Counted from the first letter of the stretch, positions 48,769 to 58,250 are shown. The stretch is 64,000 bases of DNA from an uncultured Gemmatimonadales bacterium (GCA_963850905.1 CAWKMU010000003.1:1600001-1664000), one strand, 5' to 3'. The notes: generated by a model from the sequence alone, not told the origin. Numbers and translations: made by a program.

Positions 48769-51700
48769 TCAGGATGCGACCGGCAACCTGACGGTCGCTT
48801 TGCGCTCGAGCTTGCCCCACCCGACGACACGCCCGACGAATGCAGCCTTGAACGAGCGGACGACAACCCAATACATCAGCTGGCGATAGGCGAAACGCTG
48901 GATGAGGATGAGCCACGTGAGGGACTTGTCTTCGCCCGGTTCCATCAGAAACGCGATGCCGGCGCCCAGCCAGTCGACGAGCAGGAAGATCGCGTAATAC
49001 GTGAACACGTGCGCCATACTCGCCATGGCGAATGTGTTGCCGTGCTCGGACCGCGTCAGCGCGATCGACAGGAGGCTATACACAAATGCGAGGTCGGCGA
49101 GTGGCGAAAGGGCGGGCAGCAGCAGTTGAAAGAGCCACGTGTTGGGCAGTGCCGCGAATCCGAGTGTGCCGAACTTGGGATTGAACAGCGCGGAGCGGTA
49201 CTTCCACGCACATTGCAACGTACCGAAAGACCAGCGAAACCGCTGCTTCGCGAGTGCGCGAAAGGTGTCGGGCGCTTCAGTATAGCCGATCGCACCGTCC
49301 GCGTACGCAATCGAGTGGCCGGCGCGCCGGATCGCCAGCGTGAGATCCTGGTCCTCGGCTAGGGTGTCCGATCGGAAGCCGCCTGCGGCTTCGACGAGCG
49401 CCCTCCGCCACGCCCCGACGGCGCCCGGAACGACGGTGATCCCGTTGAGCAGCGAGAAGGCACGGCGGTCCAGATTCTGGCTCGTGACGTACTCGAGGGC
49501 CTGCCAGCGGGTGACGAGGTTGACGCGGTTCCCGACTTTCGCGTTCCCCGCCACTGCGCCGACCCGCGGATCTGCCAACGGCTGCACCAACTCGTCCACG
49601 GTGTCGGCCGCGAAGATGGTATCGGCGTCGAGTGCAATCACGATCTCGTAGCGTGCGCGAGCGAGGCCGAAGTTGAGGGCGCTCGCCTTGCCGCCGTTTT
49701 CCTTCCGGTAGACGGAGACGGTCCGGGAATCCGGATAGGCGTCTCGCACGACCTGATAGGTGTTGTCCGTCGAGCCGTCATCGACCACGATGATCTCGAA
49801 CGGTCCGCCGTACTGCTGACCCAGCAGGCTCCGCACCGTCTTCAGGATGACGCGCCCCTCGTTGAACGCCGGCACCACGACACTCACCGGCGGCGCGAAC
49901 GTCGTCGGTTCACCGCGCCGCTGGTGGCGGAGGATGCGCTGGAGGAGGGCGAGTGGGCCAATCAGGACGAGTCGCCCGATGCCGAGCACCACGGCGACCA
50001 TGAAGATCCAGTACAGCGCGAGTTCGCCGTAGCCCAGTGCGGCCCAGCCCGCGAGTAGCGCCATGCGGGCAAGCTCGTTCATCCGCGGCAACGGTGGCAT
50101 CGCCTCGTCGCGGCTGATCCCGACGAGCTGCGAGAGCAGCACCAGCGTGTCGCCGTTGGCCCGCAACGAATCGATGATGGGGCCGAGCGCCGCGAGCGTT
50201 CGCGCACGATCGCCACCCCCGTCGTGGAGGAGCACCACGTTTCCCGTATCGCGGCCCGACATCGCGAGCTTGATCACCGAGTCGACGGGGATGGGCTGCC
50301 AGTCCTCGGAGTCGTCGCGAAGGCCGACCGTGTAATAACCTTGTCGTGTCGCGATGCCGACGGGGACGAGCTCGTCCGGCGTCGTGGGTGTCGCGTCGCC
50401 GAAGTAGGGTGGCCGAAAGAACGCCGTGCGATGATCGATCACCGACTCGATGAGGTTCTCATTCGCATCGAGCTCGACCCGCGTCCGCTTGTCGGACGTC
50501 AGCGCGAGATTCGGGTGCGAGTAGGTGTGGTTGCCGATCTCATGTCCTTCGGCGTAGATGCGGCGCGTCAGCGCCATGTGCGTGTCGACGTTCTCGCCGA
50601 TCAGAAAGAACGTCGCGGGGGCATTGTACCTTTTCAGCGTGTCGAGGATGAGCGGTGTCCACGTGCCATCGGGCCCGTCGTCGAACGTCAGCGCGACCTC
50701 GTGCGCCTTCTGCCCGTACCGGTCGACGACGTACGGCTTGGGGTCGCGCACGATGGAGTCGCGGACCACCGTCCCGGATGGATCGACCGCGAGGACGCGC
50801 AAGCCGGGCGTCGGCCATTCGCGGACCCGGAGGATGTCGCCCCCGCTGTCGGGCTCCTCGCCCCGGGGACACTCGCGATGTGGACCGACGATGCGGACAC
50901 CAGGGCGTGACTCACAGACGACGTCGTTGACGAACTCCACGTCGTAGCCCGCCGGCACGCTGCGCAGGCTGTCCGGTGCAGCGGCCAGGCCGTGGCGCCC
51001 CAACACGGCCCACAACGAGGCGTCCTCCTGGCCGAGCCGCCAGAGCGCGAATCCCGCGACACCCATGTCCCGGCCGACGCGGAGTTGGTTGTAGGCGGTC
51101 ACTGCGTCCAGGTACCACACGACATGATCGGTGGAGTCCGGGTCGGTCCACGAGATATACGGATTGAGCGACACTGGGTCGAACTGCGTTGCCACGTGGT
51201 GGTCGCGCGCCTCTTCCATCGTCTCCTGAAACGTCATGACATCGCCCGGGCTGCCGCTGTCGTTCCAGTCGTAGCCGTACGCGCCCACCATGAAGATCAG
51301 TTTTCGCGGCGGCACGGCCTCGGCGAAATGGCGCGCCCTGTCGATATAGAACTGCTGACTCGCCACCGGCCCGGGCGTCCCGAGCTGATAGTGTTCGTCG
51401 AGCAGCATCGCGAAGAGGTAGTCGCTGACGGCGCCGAGCCGTTCGATCTGGCGACGCGTGGCGAAGGACGGAATGGCGACTGTCACGATGCGCTTATATG
51501 GCAACAACGCGTCGCGGAGTGACGCGACGAATGCGACCTCGGCGCCTTCGAGGTCCTCCGGGACCTCCTCGAAGTCGACCGTGACGCCCGCCAGTGAATC
51601 GTGGAGCACGACGTCACGCAGCTGCACGATGGCGCGGGCCCGCGCTTGGGGCGAACGCAGCATGGCCTTCACCGCTGGCTGACTGAACATCTTCCCGGTC

Positions 51701-52275
51701 GGCGAAGAGTCCCGCGCGCGTCGGTCGAAGTTGTTGACCATGAGCAGAATCGCCGGCGGCGACTCGACCGACGACTTCCGCACGATGTCGAACACCTTGT
51801 GATTGACGTCGAACTGGACCGAGTCGCCGGCAGGGGCGAGAAACCCCCACTCGCACACGACCCAGTCGAGGTCGTTGACGTGCTGCTCGAGCGACGCGAG
51901 TGCGTTATCGGGCCCGTTCTCGAAAAAGCCGGCGACGATCGGATCGCTGGCGTTACCCGGTCGGGCCACCAGGCTGCCGCCCCCCGGTGGAGCGAACCGC
52001 CCACGCCGGGCCGGGGGCACGACTCGGAAGGTGTGCGCGAGGCTGCGGCGGATCGCCAGGCGCTCGCGCTGATCCCGATTGAACGCCCGAGGGGGAACGA
52101 TCCGGTGGTCGACCGGGAGCGACGGGATCAGCGGTGGCATGGCGACGGCGACGATCAACAGCGCCGCGAGTGCCATCGCCACCGCGCCCACCGCGATCCA
52201 AAAACGCCGCCATTCGCGGGCGCGTCGACCGTGGGGGTCGAGGAAAACCGGGGTGTTACGAGCGGGAGTGATCAT
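48769..52275 (-). CDS. Trimodular GH18-like / polysaccharide deacetylase (CE4) / GT2 glycosyltransferase
   Basis: GVTVDFE, DEH, YGYDW, ALWRLGQED; TFDDGP, NHTYSH, RPPY, LLHDG; PAFNE, DDGS, DAD, AED, QRFRW; TM helices. Confidence 0.93.
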   Translation of the reverse strand: MITPARNTPVFLDPHGRRAREWRRFWIAVGAVAMALAALLIVAVAMPPLIPSLPVDHRIVPPRAFNRDQRERLAIRRSLAHTFRVVPPARRGRFAPPGGGSLVARPGNASDPIVAGFFENGPDNALASLEQHVNDLDWVVCEWGFLAPAGDSVQFDVNHKVFDIVRKSSVESPPAILLMVNNFDRRARDSSPTGKMFSQPAVKAMLRSPQARARAIVQLRDVVLHDSLAGVTVDFEEVPEDLEGAEVAFVASLRDALLPYKRIVTVAIPSFATRRQIERLGAVSDYLFAMLLDEHYQLGTPGPVASQQFYIDRARHFAEAVPPRKLIFMVGAYGYDWNDSGSPGDVMTFQETMEEARDHHVATQFDPVSLNPYISWTDPDSTDHVVWYLDAVTAYNQLRVGRDMGVAGFALWRLGQEDASLWAVLGRHGLAAAPDSLRSVPAGYDVEFVNDVVCESRPGVRIVGPHRECPRGEEPDSGGDILRVREWPTPGLRVLAVDPSGTVVRDSIVRDPKPYVVDRYGQKAHEVALTFDDGPDGTWTPLILDTLKRYNAPATFFLIGENVDTHMALTRRIYAEGHEIGNHTYSHPNLALTSDKRTRVELDANENLIESVIDHRTAFFRPPYFGDATPTTPDELVPVGIATRQGYYTVGLRDDSEDWQPIPVDSVIKLAMSGRDTGNVVLLHDGGGDRARTLAALGPIIDSLRANGDTLVLLSQLVGISRDEAMPPLPRMNELARMALLAGWAALGYGELALYWIFMVAVVLGIGRLVLIGPLALLQRILRHQRRGEPTTFAPPVSVVVPAFNEGRVILKTVRSLLGQQYGGPFEIIVVDDGSTDNTYQVVRDAYPDSRTVSVYRKENGGKASALNFGLARARYEIVIALDADTIFAADTVDELVQPLADPRVGAVAGNAKVGNRVNLVTRWQALEYVTSQNLDRRAFSLLNGITVVPGAVGAWRRALVEAAGGFRSDTLAEDQDLTLAIRRAGHSIAYADGAIGYTEAPDTFRALAKQRFRWSFGTLQCAWKYRSALFNPKFGTLGFAALPNTWLFQLLLPALSPLADLAFVYSLLSIALTRSEHGNTFAMASMAHVFTYYAIFLLVDWLGAGIAFLMEPGEDKSLTWLILIQRFAYRQLMYWVVVRSFKAAFVGRVVGWGKLERKATVRLPVAS

Positions 52276-52383
52276 ATGCGGAGACGCGGTACGCGCCGAC
52301 CCCGACTGACAGAATCGCTCGCTTGGGCGTCACCGAGAAAAGCTAATCCGGCCGATCAGCGGCCGCGCGGCGCGGACCGGCGC

Positions 52384-52857
52384 TCATTCACCGGTCGTGA
52401 TCCGCTGCACGAGGGCGCGCAATTCACTGAGCTCAAAAGGCTTCTGCAGGACCGGGCACGCGGTTCGCTGCACGAATTCCGCGGCATCCTGTGACACCGC
52501 ATCACCTGTGGCGACGATCAGGCGCGAGAGCAACTCGGGCCGGTGCGCGCGCAACCAGTCGTACAACTCGGCCCCACTGACGCCGGGCATCCGGAGGTCG
52601 CAAATGAGCAAATCATATTGAGGGGGGGCATCGGGCCCCCCGGCAAGTTTCCCGAGGGCGATCTTTCCATCCCCGGCTTCGTCGACGCGCCAGCCGTCCC
52701 GGGCGAGGAACCGGCGGAGGGCAAGACGAATCGACGCCTCGTCGTCTATGACGAGTGCGCGCCGCGCGGTCGAGGACGGGCTCGCGCGGTCGTGCTGACG
52801 GCCTGCGTCGTCAGGCGGCCCAGAACCCCGCGAGGGCGGTTCCGTCGGGGGATGCAC
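52384..52857 (-). CDS. Single-domain response regulator (start uncertain)
   Basis: LVIDDE, ICDLRMP, ATG, QKPF. Confidence 0.88.
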   Translation of the reverse strand: MHPPTEPPSRGSGPPDDAGRQHDRASPSSTARRALVIDDEASIRLALRRFLARDGWRVDEAGDGKIALGKLAGGPDAPPQYDLLICDLRMPGVSGAELYDWLRAHRPELLSRLIVATGDAVSQDAAEFVQRTACPVLQKPFELSELRALVQRITTGE

Positions 52858-53701
52858 GCAGCTTTTCGAATGCCCGCTCGCGGATCTGACGAATCCGCTC
52901 GCGCGTCACGCCGAGCAACGCGCCGATCTTCTCCAGCGTCATAGCTTCGGATCCCTCCTCGAGACCGTAATACAGGTACAGGATCTTCCGTTCGCGCGGC
53001 GTCAGGTATTTCCGGAAAACGCGATCGATGAACTCACGCATCAACTTGAAGTCGGTGATCTCCTCCATCTCTGCGCCGTCCACCCCGGCAAAGCGCTCGC
53101 CCAGGGTGCAGGCCTCGCGGTCAGACCGGTCGATCGGCGCATCGAAGGAGATCTCGGTGGACGACATCTGTCGAGCGGAGCGGACGGACTCGGGCGTCTC
53201 CTCGATGAGGCGCCCGATCTCATGGTCCGTCGGATCGCGCTTGAGCACTTGCGCAAGCACGGTTTCGGCACGCGCGAGCTTGATGAGCTGGGAATTCTGG
53301 TTGAGCGGAATGCGCACCGATCGGGTTTGCTCGGCGAGCGCCTTGAGGACCGCCTGGCGGACCCACCACACGGCGTACGAGATGAACTTGACGCCCTGGT
53401 CGGGATCGAACTTCCGTACCGCCTTGAGGAGCCCCTCGTTGCCGATCGCGACGAGCTCGCTCAGGTCGAGTCCGTGTCCCTGGTATTTCTTCACGTACGA
53501 GATCACGAACCGCAGGTTCGCCGTGACGAGCCGTTCTGCCGCTTTCTCGTCGCCTCGCTGAGCGCGGCGGGCGAGACGCCGCTCCTCTTCGGCGTCGGAG
53601 ATCAAGGGGAGCTTCTGTATGTCCTGCAAGTACTGATCGAAAGCGGTGGAGGGTGCGCTGCGGAAATACCCCTTACTCCGGCTTTCGGTCGCTTGCTGCA
53701 T
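52811..53701 (-). CDS. RpoD/RpoS-family sigma70 factor lacking region 1.1
   Basis: YLQDI, ANLRFVIS, KFISYAVWWVRQ, region 4 TLEKIG...TRERIRQI. Confidence 0.95.
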   Translation of the reverse strand: MQQATESRSKGYFRSAPSTAFDQYLQDIQKLPLISDAEEERRLARRAQRGDEKAAERLVTANLRFVISYVKKYQGHGLDLSELVAIGNEGLLKAVRKFDPDQGVKFISYAVWWVRQAVLKALAEQTRSVRIPLNQNSQLIKLARAETVLAQVLKRDPTDHEIGRLIEETPESVRSARQMSSTEISFDAPIDRSDREACTLGERFAGVDGAEMEEITDFKLMREFIDRVFRKYLTPRERKILYLYYGLEEGSEAMTLEKIGALLGVTRERIRQIRERAFEKLRASPDGTALAGFWAA

Positions 53702-54162
53702 ACACGCCCCTTAGCAGAGAGTCTCGATTGTCGTGCGGGAATGGCGCTACCGTCGATCGAGTCCGTGCTCGCGTGGTCGCGAAGCAGGGGAGGACCAGGG
53801 CCACCCTACTCCGAATTGCGCTGACCTCGCTTCATCGGCGCACGTCGGTGCGTCTTGCCCGCCCCCCGGAAATCCGGCCCGCAGTGTAACAACGCGAACT
53901 GATGAGGTCAACAGCCAAAACGCGTGCCGCAGCACAGGTCGTCGCCGCAATGGATCTCAATTGGCGAGACTGGTCAGGCGCGCGTGCACCGCACGTTGTG
54001 CGGTGGCGTCCTGGCCGTGTATGGCAGAAGCTGCTGAGCCACAAAGAGCTATGGCTCGGCGACGGGCCCCGTCGGCATGTGACGGCGCGCGCGCCGTCTG
54101 GAGATGAGACCCCGACGCCGCTGCGTGCGCCGCGGGCGGCGGTCCGAGACCGCGGGCGACCT

Positions 54163-55254
54163 TCACGCCAGGGCCGCCGTTACAAAGGAATCGGTGAGCG
54201 GCACCGCCCACCCGCTGTCGGCGCCCGCCATCTCACCCAGTGAACATGGCAGGGCGTACTCTACCACGCCGCTGCGCGCCTTCTTGTCGACGTGGGTACG
54301 CGTGACGATGTCCGACGGTTGCACGGACGCAGGCAGGGAGTCCGGCAAACCGGCCAGGCGAAGCGCCGCGCAGATGGCGTCCGCCACGCCCGCGCGCGCG
54401 ATGGACGCGCGCTCGGCCAGGTGCGACTCGACTGCCATGCCGATCGCGACCGCTTCGCCGTGCAGCAGACCGTACTGTGTCGCCGCCTCGACCGCGTGCC
54501 CGATGGTATGGCCGAAGTTGAGCACCTTGCGCCGGCCGTGCTCGCGTGCGTCACTCGCGACGATCGCGGTCTTGATCGCGATGCTACCGGCGATGAGCGC
54601 CGCCATTTCCGGCGCGGTCGCTCCGCGCGACGACAGACACACCGGCAGGGCGTCCACCGTGCGATCGAAATACGCCGCGTCGGCGACCACGCCATGCTTG
54701 AGCGCCTCGGCGAGCCCGGCGCGCAGGTGCTCTGGCGGCAGCGTACCGAGCACCGTCGGGTCGATGACGACGGCCGCGGGCGGGTGGAACGCCCCGACGA
54801 GATTCTTGCCAGCGGGTGTATCGACGCCGGTCTTGCCGCCGATCGCGGCGTCGATCATGGCGACGAGCGTCGTTGGAACCTGCACGATCGGCACGCCGCG
54901 CATGAACGTCGCTGCCACAAACCCTGCGAGATCTCCGATCACGCCACCGCCGAGCGCGATGACGGTCGTGTCGCGCCCGCACCCCCGCGAGAGCATTGCG
55001 TCGGTGAGCTGCGCCCACGTCTCGCGCGTCTTGGTGGGCTCCCCCGCCGGGACCGTGAGCACGTCGACGCGTGTCGCGCGGAACGATCCGCTCGCGCGTC
55101 CGGCATAGAGCGGTCCCACGCGGTCATCGGTGATGATCACGTACCGATATGCGCCAGCGCGCGCCTGCACGACGTCACCCAGCCGGTCGAGCGCCCCCGG
55201 CGTGGGTGCCGCCACGCCATCGGCCAGGCGGTCGCCGGGCGACGTGAGGCTCAC
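54163..55254 (-). CDS. aroB: 3-dehydroquinate synthase
   Basis: LGGGVIGDLAGF, VPTTL..DAAIGGKTG, KNLVGAFH, LNFGHTIGHA, LHGEAVAIGM. Confidence 0.97.
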   Translation of the reverse strand: MSLTSPGDRLADGVAAPTPGALDRLGDVVQARAGAYRYVIITDDRVGPLYAGRASGSFRATRVDVLTVPAGEPTKTRETWAQLTDAMLSRGCGRDTTVIALGGGVIGDLAGFVAATFMRGVPIVQVPTTLVAMIDAAIGGKTGVDTPAGKNLVGAFHPPAAVVIDPTVLGTLPPEHLRAGLAEALKHGVVADAAYFDRTVDALPVCLSSRGATAPEMAALIAGSIAIKTAIVASDAREHGRRKVLNFGHTIGHAVEAATQYGLLHGEAVAIGMAVESHLAERASIARAGVADAICAALRLAGLPDSLPASVQPSDIVTRTHVDKKARSGVVEYALPCSLGEMAGADSGWAVPLTDSFVTAALA

Positions 55255-55796
55255 CACGTGACCTCGCCGGCCCCCGAACGGCGCGTCGCGACGCGAGCGA
55301 GCACGAATAGGAGGTCCGACAGCCGATTGAGGTAGATCGCGGCGAGTGGCGGGAGCTCGACGGTGTGCGAGAGGTGAACGACCCGGCGCTCTGCCCGCCG
55401 GCACACGGTGCGTGCGATATGCAGGGTCGCCGCCTTCGGGGTGCCTCCGGGCAGGATGAACGCACGCAGCGGCGCCAGCTCGGCCTCACCGGTGTCGATA
55501 TCCTGCTCGAGCTGTGCAATGCGACCATCATCGATCCGCGCCTTCGCCAGCTGCTCGCGCATCTTGACCGGATCGGGCGTCGCCAGGAGCGCACCAATCG
55601 CGAAGAGATCGCGCTGCACCGCGACGAGGATTTCGTCGATGCGCGGATCGGGCTCGATGGCTCGCGCCAGCCCGAGTGTCGCGTTGAGCTCGTCGACGTC
55701 ACCGTACGCCTCGACGCGCGGGTCATCCTTGGCCACACGCCCACCGCCGAAGAGCCCCGTCTGTCCTTCGTCTCCAGTCCGGGTGTAGATGCGCAT
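55251..55796 (-). CDS. pduO: PduO-type cob(I)alamin adenosyltransferase
   Basis: IYTRTGDEGQT, YGDVDELN, FILPGG, RTVCRRAER, YLNRLSDLLF. Confidence 0.95.
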   Translation of the reverse strand: MRIYTRTGDEGQTGLFGGGRVAKDDPRVEAYGDVDELNATLGLARAIEPDPRIDEILVAVQRDLFAIGALLATPDPVKMREQLAKARIDDGRIAQLEQDIDTGEAELAPLRAFILPGGTPKAATLHIARTVCRRAERRVVHLSHTVELPPLAAIYLNRLSDLLFVLARVATRRSGAGEVTW

Positions 55797-55810
55797 GGGG
55801 GGAAACTACT

Positions 55811-55925
55811 GGGGGTCAGGGTCCAGGGGTCAGGGATTAGGGGGCAAATCGCGAGGCCAGACACGCGCCACGTGCCTGGCCTTGGAGTTGGTTCACTGAC
55901 CCCCGACCCCTGATCCCTGACCCCG
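55811..55925. repeat. Element C2: inverted heptamer arms around GCAAATCGCGA + hairpin
   Basis: AGGCCAGACAC-7nt-GTGCCTGGCCT core; homologous to 43891-43999. Confidence 0.85.
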
Positions 55926-55930
55926 CAGTT

Positions 55931-57025
55931 CTAGGCCCTCCGCCCCTTGATCGCCCGCACCAACCACGGCGTGCGGGACTTCACCCTCCCATTGCCGTCG
56001 CTGGGCGACGCGGCCACCACGCGGCGCGCGGATTTCTTCAGGTTCGAGAACGACGTGCGTTCGGCCGTGTGTTGCGTCAGAGGCTCATAGGTGGCGGGGA
56101 AGAGCTTCGCGAGATGCTCGTGCAGAAGATCGGGCGAGGGTACGACGTCTTGCGCGGCGCACCACACGTCCAGGTCGTGGCCCATGGCGGCCGCCGTCGG
56201 ACGCTGTGCGGGATCCTTGCTGAGGGCAACGGAGATGATGTGCTCCAGCGCGGGGTCGATCCCCGGGATGCGCTTGCGAATGTTGGGCGTCGGAAGCACG
56301 GCAACCTCGTCGATCGCCAGCTTGGTCACATCCTCGTGAAACAGCGGCTCGAGGGACAGGAGCTCGTACAGCACGAGGCCCATGGCAAACACATCGCTGC
56401 GCGCGTCGACGCTGAGACCGAGAATCTGCTCGGGGCTCATGTAGTGCTTCTTCCCCATCAGCACTTGACGACCCGCGGCAGGGTCGATCGACGTGCGTGC
56501 CTTGGCGATCCCGAAATCCGCGAGTTTGATGTGCCCGTCCCACGACGCCATGATGTTGCCGGGCGAGACATCGCGGTGCACGATGTCGAGGCGGCGCTTG
56601 TCCGGGCCAACGAAGTTGTGGGCGAAATCGAGCGCACGGCAGACGCGGCTCGCGACGTAGGCGGCGAGCGGGAGCGGAATGCGCTGGCCCAGCTCCCAGT
56701 GACGGTCGATGACCGACCGGAGCGTCGGCCCCTGGATGAACTCCATGGCGATGAAGTACTCGCCCGCGACCTCGCCGAGCTGATAGATCTGCACGATGTT
56801 GCCGTGCATCAGGTTCGCCGACAGCTTGGCTTCGTCGATGAACAGCTGCAGCCACTGCTGCTGCTTCGCGTATTGCGGATGAATGACCTTCAACGCAGTC
56901 CGCTTCGCGAAGCCTGCCGGGCCAAGTTGTTCGGCCTCGTAGACCGTGGCCATGCCGCCGATCGCGATCCGCCGCACGAGCCGAAACTGGCCCACGTACT
57001 CGAGATACCGCTCGCCGTCGCTCAT
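55931..57025 (-). CDS. Hanks-type Ser/Thr protein kinase, cytoplasmic
   Basis: GGMATVY, ALK, HRDVSPGN, DFGIAK, YMSPEQ, SDVFAMG. Confidence 0.95.
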   Translation of the reverse strand: MSDGERYLEYVGQFRLVRRIAIGGMATVYEAEQLGPAGFAKRTALKVIHPQYAKQQQWLQLFIDEAKLSANLMHGNIVQIYQLGEVAGEYFIAMEFIQGPTLRSVIDRHWELGQRIPLPLAAYVASRVCRALDFAHNFVGPDKRRLDIVHRDVSPGNIMASWDGHIKLADFGIAKARTSIDPAAGRQVLMGKKHYMSPEQILGLSVDARSDVFAMGLVLYELLSLEPLFHEDVTKLAIDEVAVLPTPNIRKRIPGIDPALEHIISVALSKDPAQRPTAAAMGHDLDVWCAAQDVVPSPDLLHEHLAKLFPATYEPLTQHTAERTSFSNLKKSARRVVAASPSDGNGRVKSRTPWLVRAIKGRRA

Positions 57026-57081
57026 GATCGTGGGACCGCGATCACCTTGCCGGTGGGTGCGGGGTCGCCGATGTTTCGCAC

Positions 57082-58182
57082 ATGAGCGAAGTGCCCCACG
57101 CGCCGCCGCAGGGCGGGGCGCAGACACAACATGATCTGGTCGATATCACGATCATCGGCGCTGGTCCAACCGGGCTGTTTGGGTTGTTCTACGCGGGGAT
57201 GCGGGGCGCGACGGCCCGGATCGTCGACGCCTTGCCGCAAGCAGGTGGACAACTCACGGCGCTGTACCCCGAGAAGTACATCTTCGACGTCGCAGGTCTT
57301 CCGAAGGTCCTCGCGAAGGATCTCGTACGCTCGCTGACCGACCAGGCGCGCCAGTTCGGCCACCAGATCGTGTTGAACCAGCGCATACACGGCCTCGAAC
57401 AAGACGGCGCGGTCCTCACGCTCGTCACGGAGACCGACCGCTTTCCGTCGCGCGCCATCGTGATCGCCGCCGGCATCGGCGCGTTTTCGCCGCGACGGCT
57501 GCCGCAGTCGTGCGCGCAGCCCTGGTACGGGCGGGGCATTGACGATGTCGTGACGGACCCGAACGAGTTTCGCGGGCGGCGTGTCGTCATCATCGGCGGG
57601 GGTGATTCGGCGTTCGACTGGGCGCAGCAGCTCGCGGACCGCGCGGCGTTCGTCACCTTGATGCACCGCAGCGATCGGTTTCGCGCCCACGCGGCCACCG
57701 TCCGTGATGTCGAGCGTGCCGTGACCGCCGGCCGTGCGGAGATTCTGACGTTTCACGAGCTGCACGACGTCCTGGTTGCCAACGGCGCGTCCGGTCAGGA
57801 GAGCGGCGTTGATGCCTTCGGCGACGGCCGGCTGTCGGGGGTCATCGTTCGCGATACGAAACGGAAGACGACGCGTGAGCTGCCGGCCGACGCCGTCCTG
57901 CCGATGCTGGGGTTCGTGAGTGACCTCGGTCCCCTGGCGGATTGGGGCCTGACGCTGACCAACGACGAGATTGTCGTGTCGAGCACAATGGAAACCGGCC
58001 GGCCCGGCCTCTACGCGGCCGGAGACATCGTCACCTATCCCGGAAAACTCAAGTTGATCGCCACCGGCTTCGGCGAAGCCGCTATCGCCGTCAACCAGGC
58101 CGTCCACTGGATCTACCCGGAGAAAAAGGTTGCTCCGGGCCACAGCTCCAACATGGCCCTCTTTGGCCAGACCGATGACTGA
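57082..58182 (+). CDS. TrxR-fold ferredoxin--NADP+ reductase (YumC-like)
   Basis: GAGPTG, GGQLTALYPEKYIFDVAG, GGGDSAFDW, GKLKLIATGFGEA, HSS; no CxxC. Confidence 0.93.
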   Translation: MSEVPHAPPQGGAQTQHDLVDITIIGAGPTGLFGLFYAGMRGATARIVDALPQAGGQLTALYPEKYIFDVAGLPKVLAKDLVRSLTDQARQFGHQIVLNQRIHGLEQDGAVLTLVTETDRFPSRAIVIAAGIGAFSPRRLPQSCAQPWYGRGIDDVVTDPNEFRGRRVVIIGGGDSAFDWAQQLADRAAFVTLMHRSDRFRAHAATVRDVERAVTAGRAEILTFHELHDVLVANGASGQESGVDAFGDGRLSGVIVRDTKRKTTRELPADAVLPMLGFVSDLGPLADWGLTLTNDEIVVSSTMETGRPGLYAAGDIVTYPGKLKLIATGFGEAAIAVNQAVHWIYPEKKVAPGHSSNMALFGQTDD

Positions 58183-58217
58183 GCAGATGCAGGCCACGGG
58201 ATGCTCGCATTCGCCGT

Positions 58218-58250
58218 GTCTCCTTTCACCTTTCGCCTCTCTCCTTTCTA
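58218..58250. repeat. Purine-rich heptamer tandem repeat on the minus strand
   Basis: Reverse complement reads TAGAAAGG AGAGAGG CGAAAGG TGAAAGG AGAC. Confidence 0.55.

Noticed and set aside
53899..53925. Hammerhead-like CTGATGAG...CAAAAC
   Set aside because: The invariant GAAA is AAAA and I find no convincing stems I and III.
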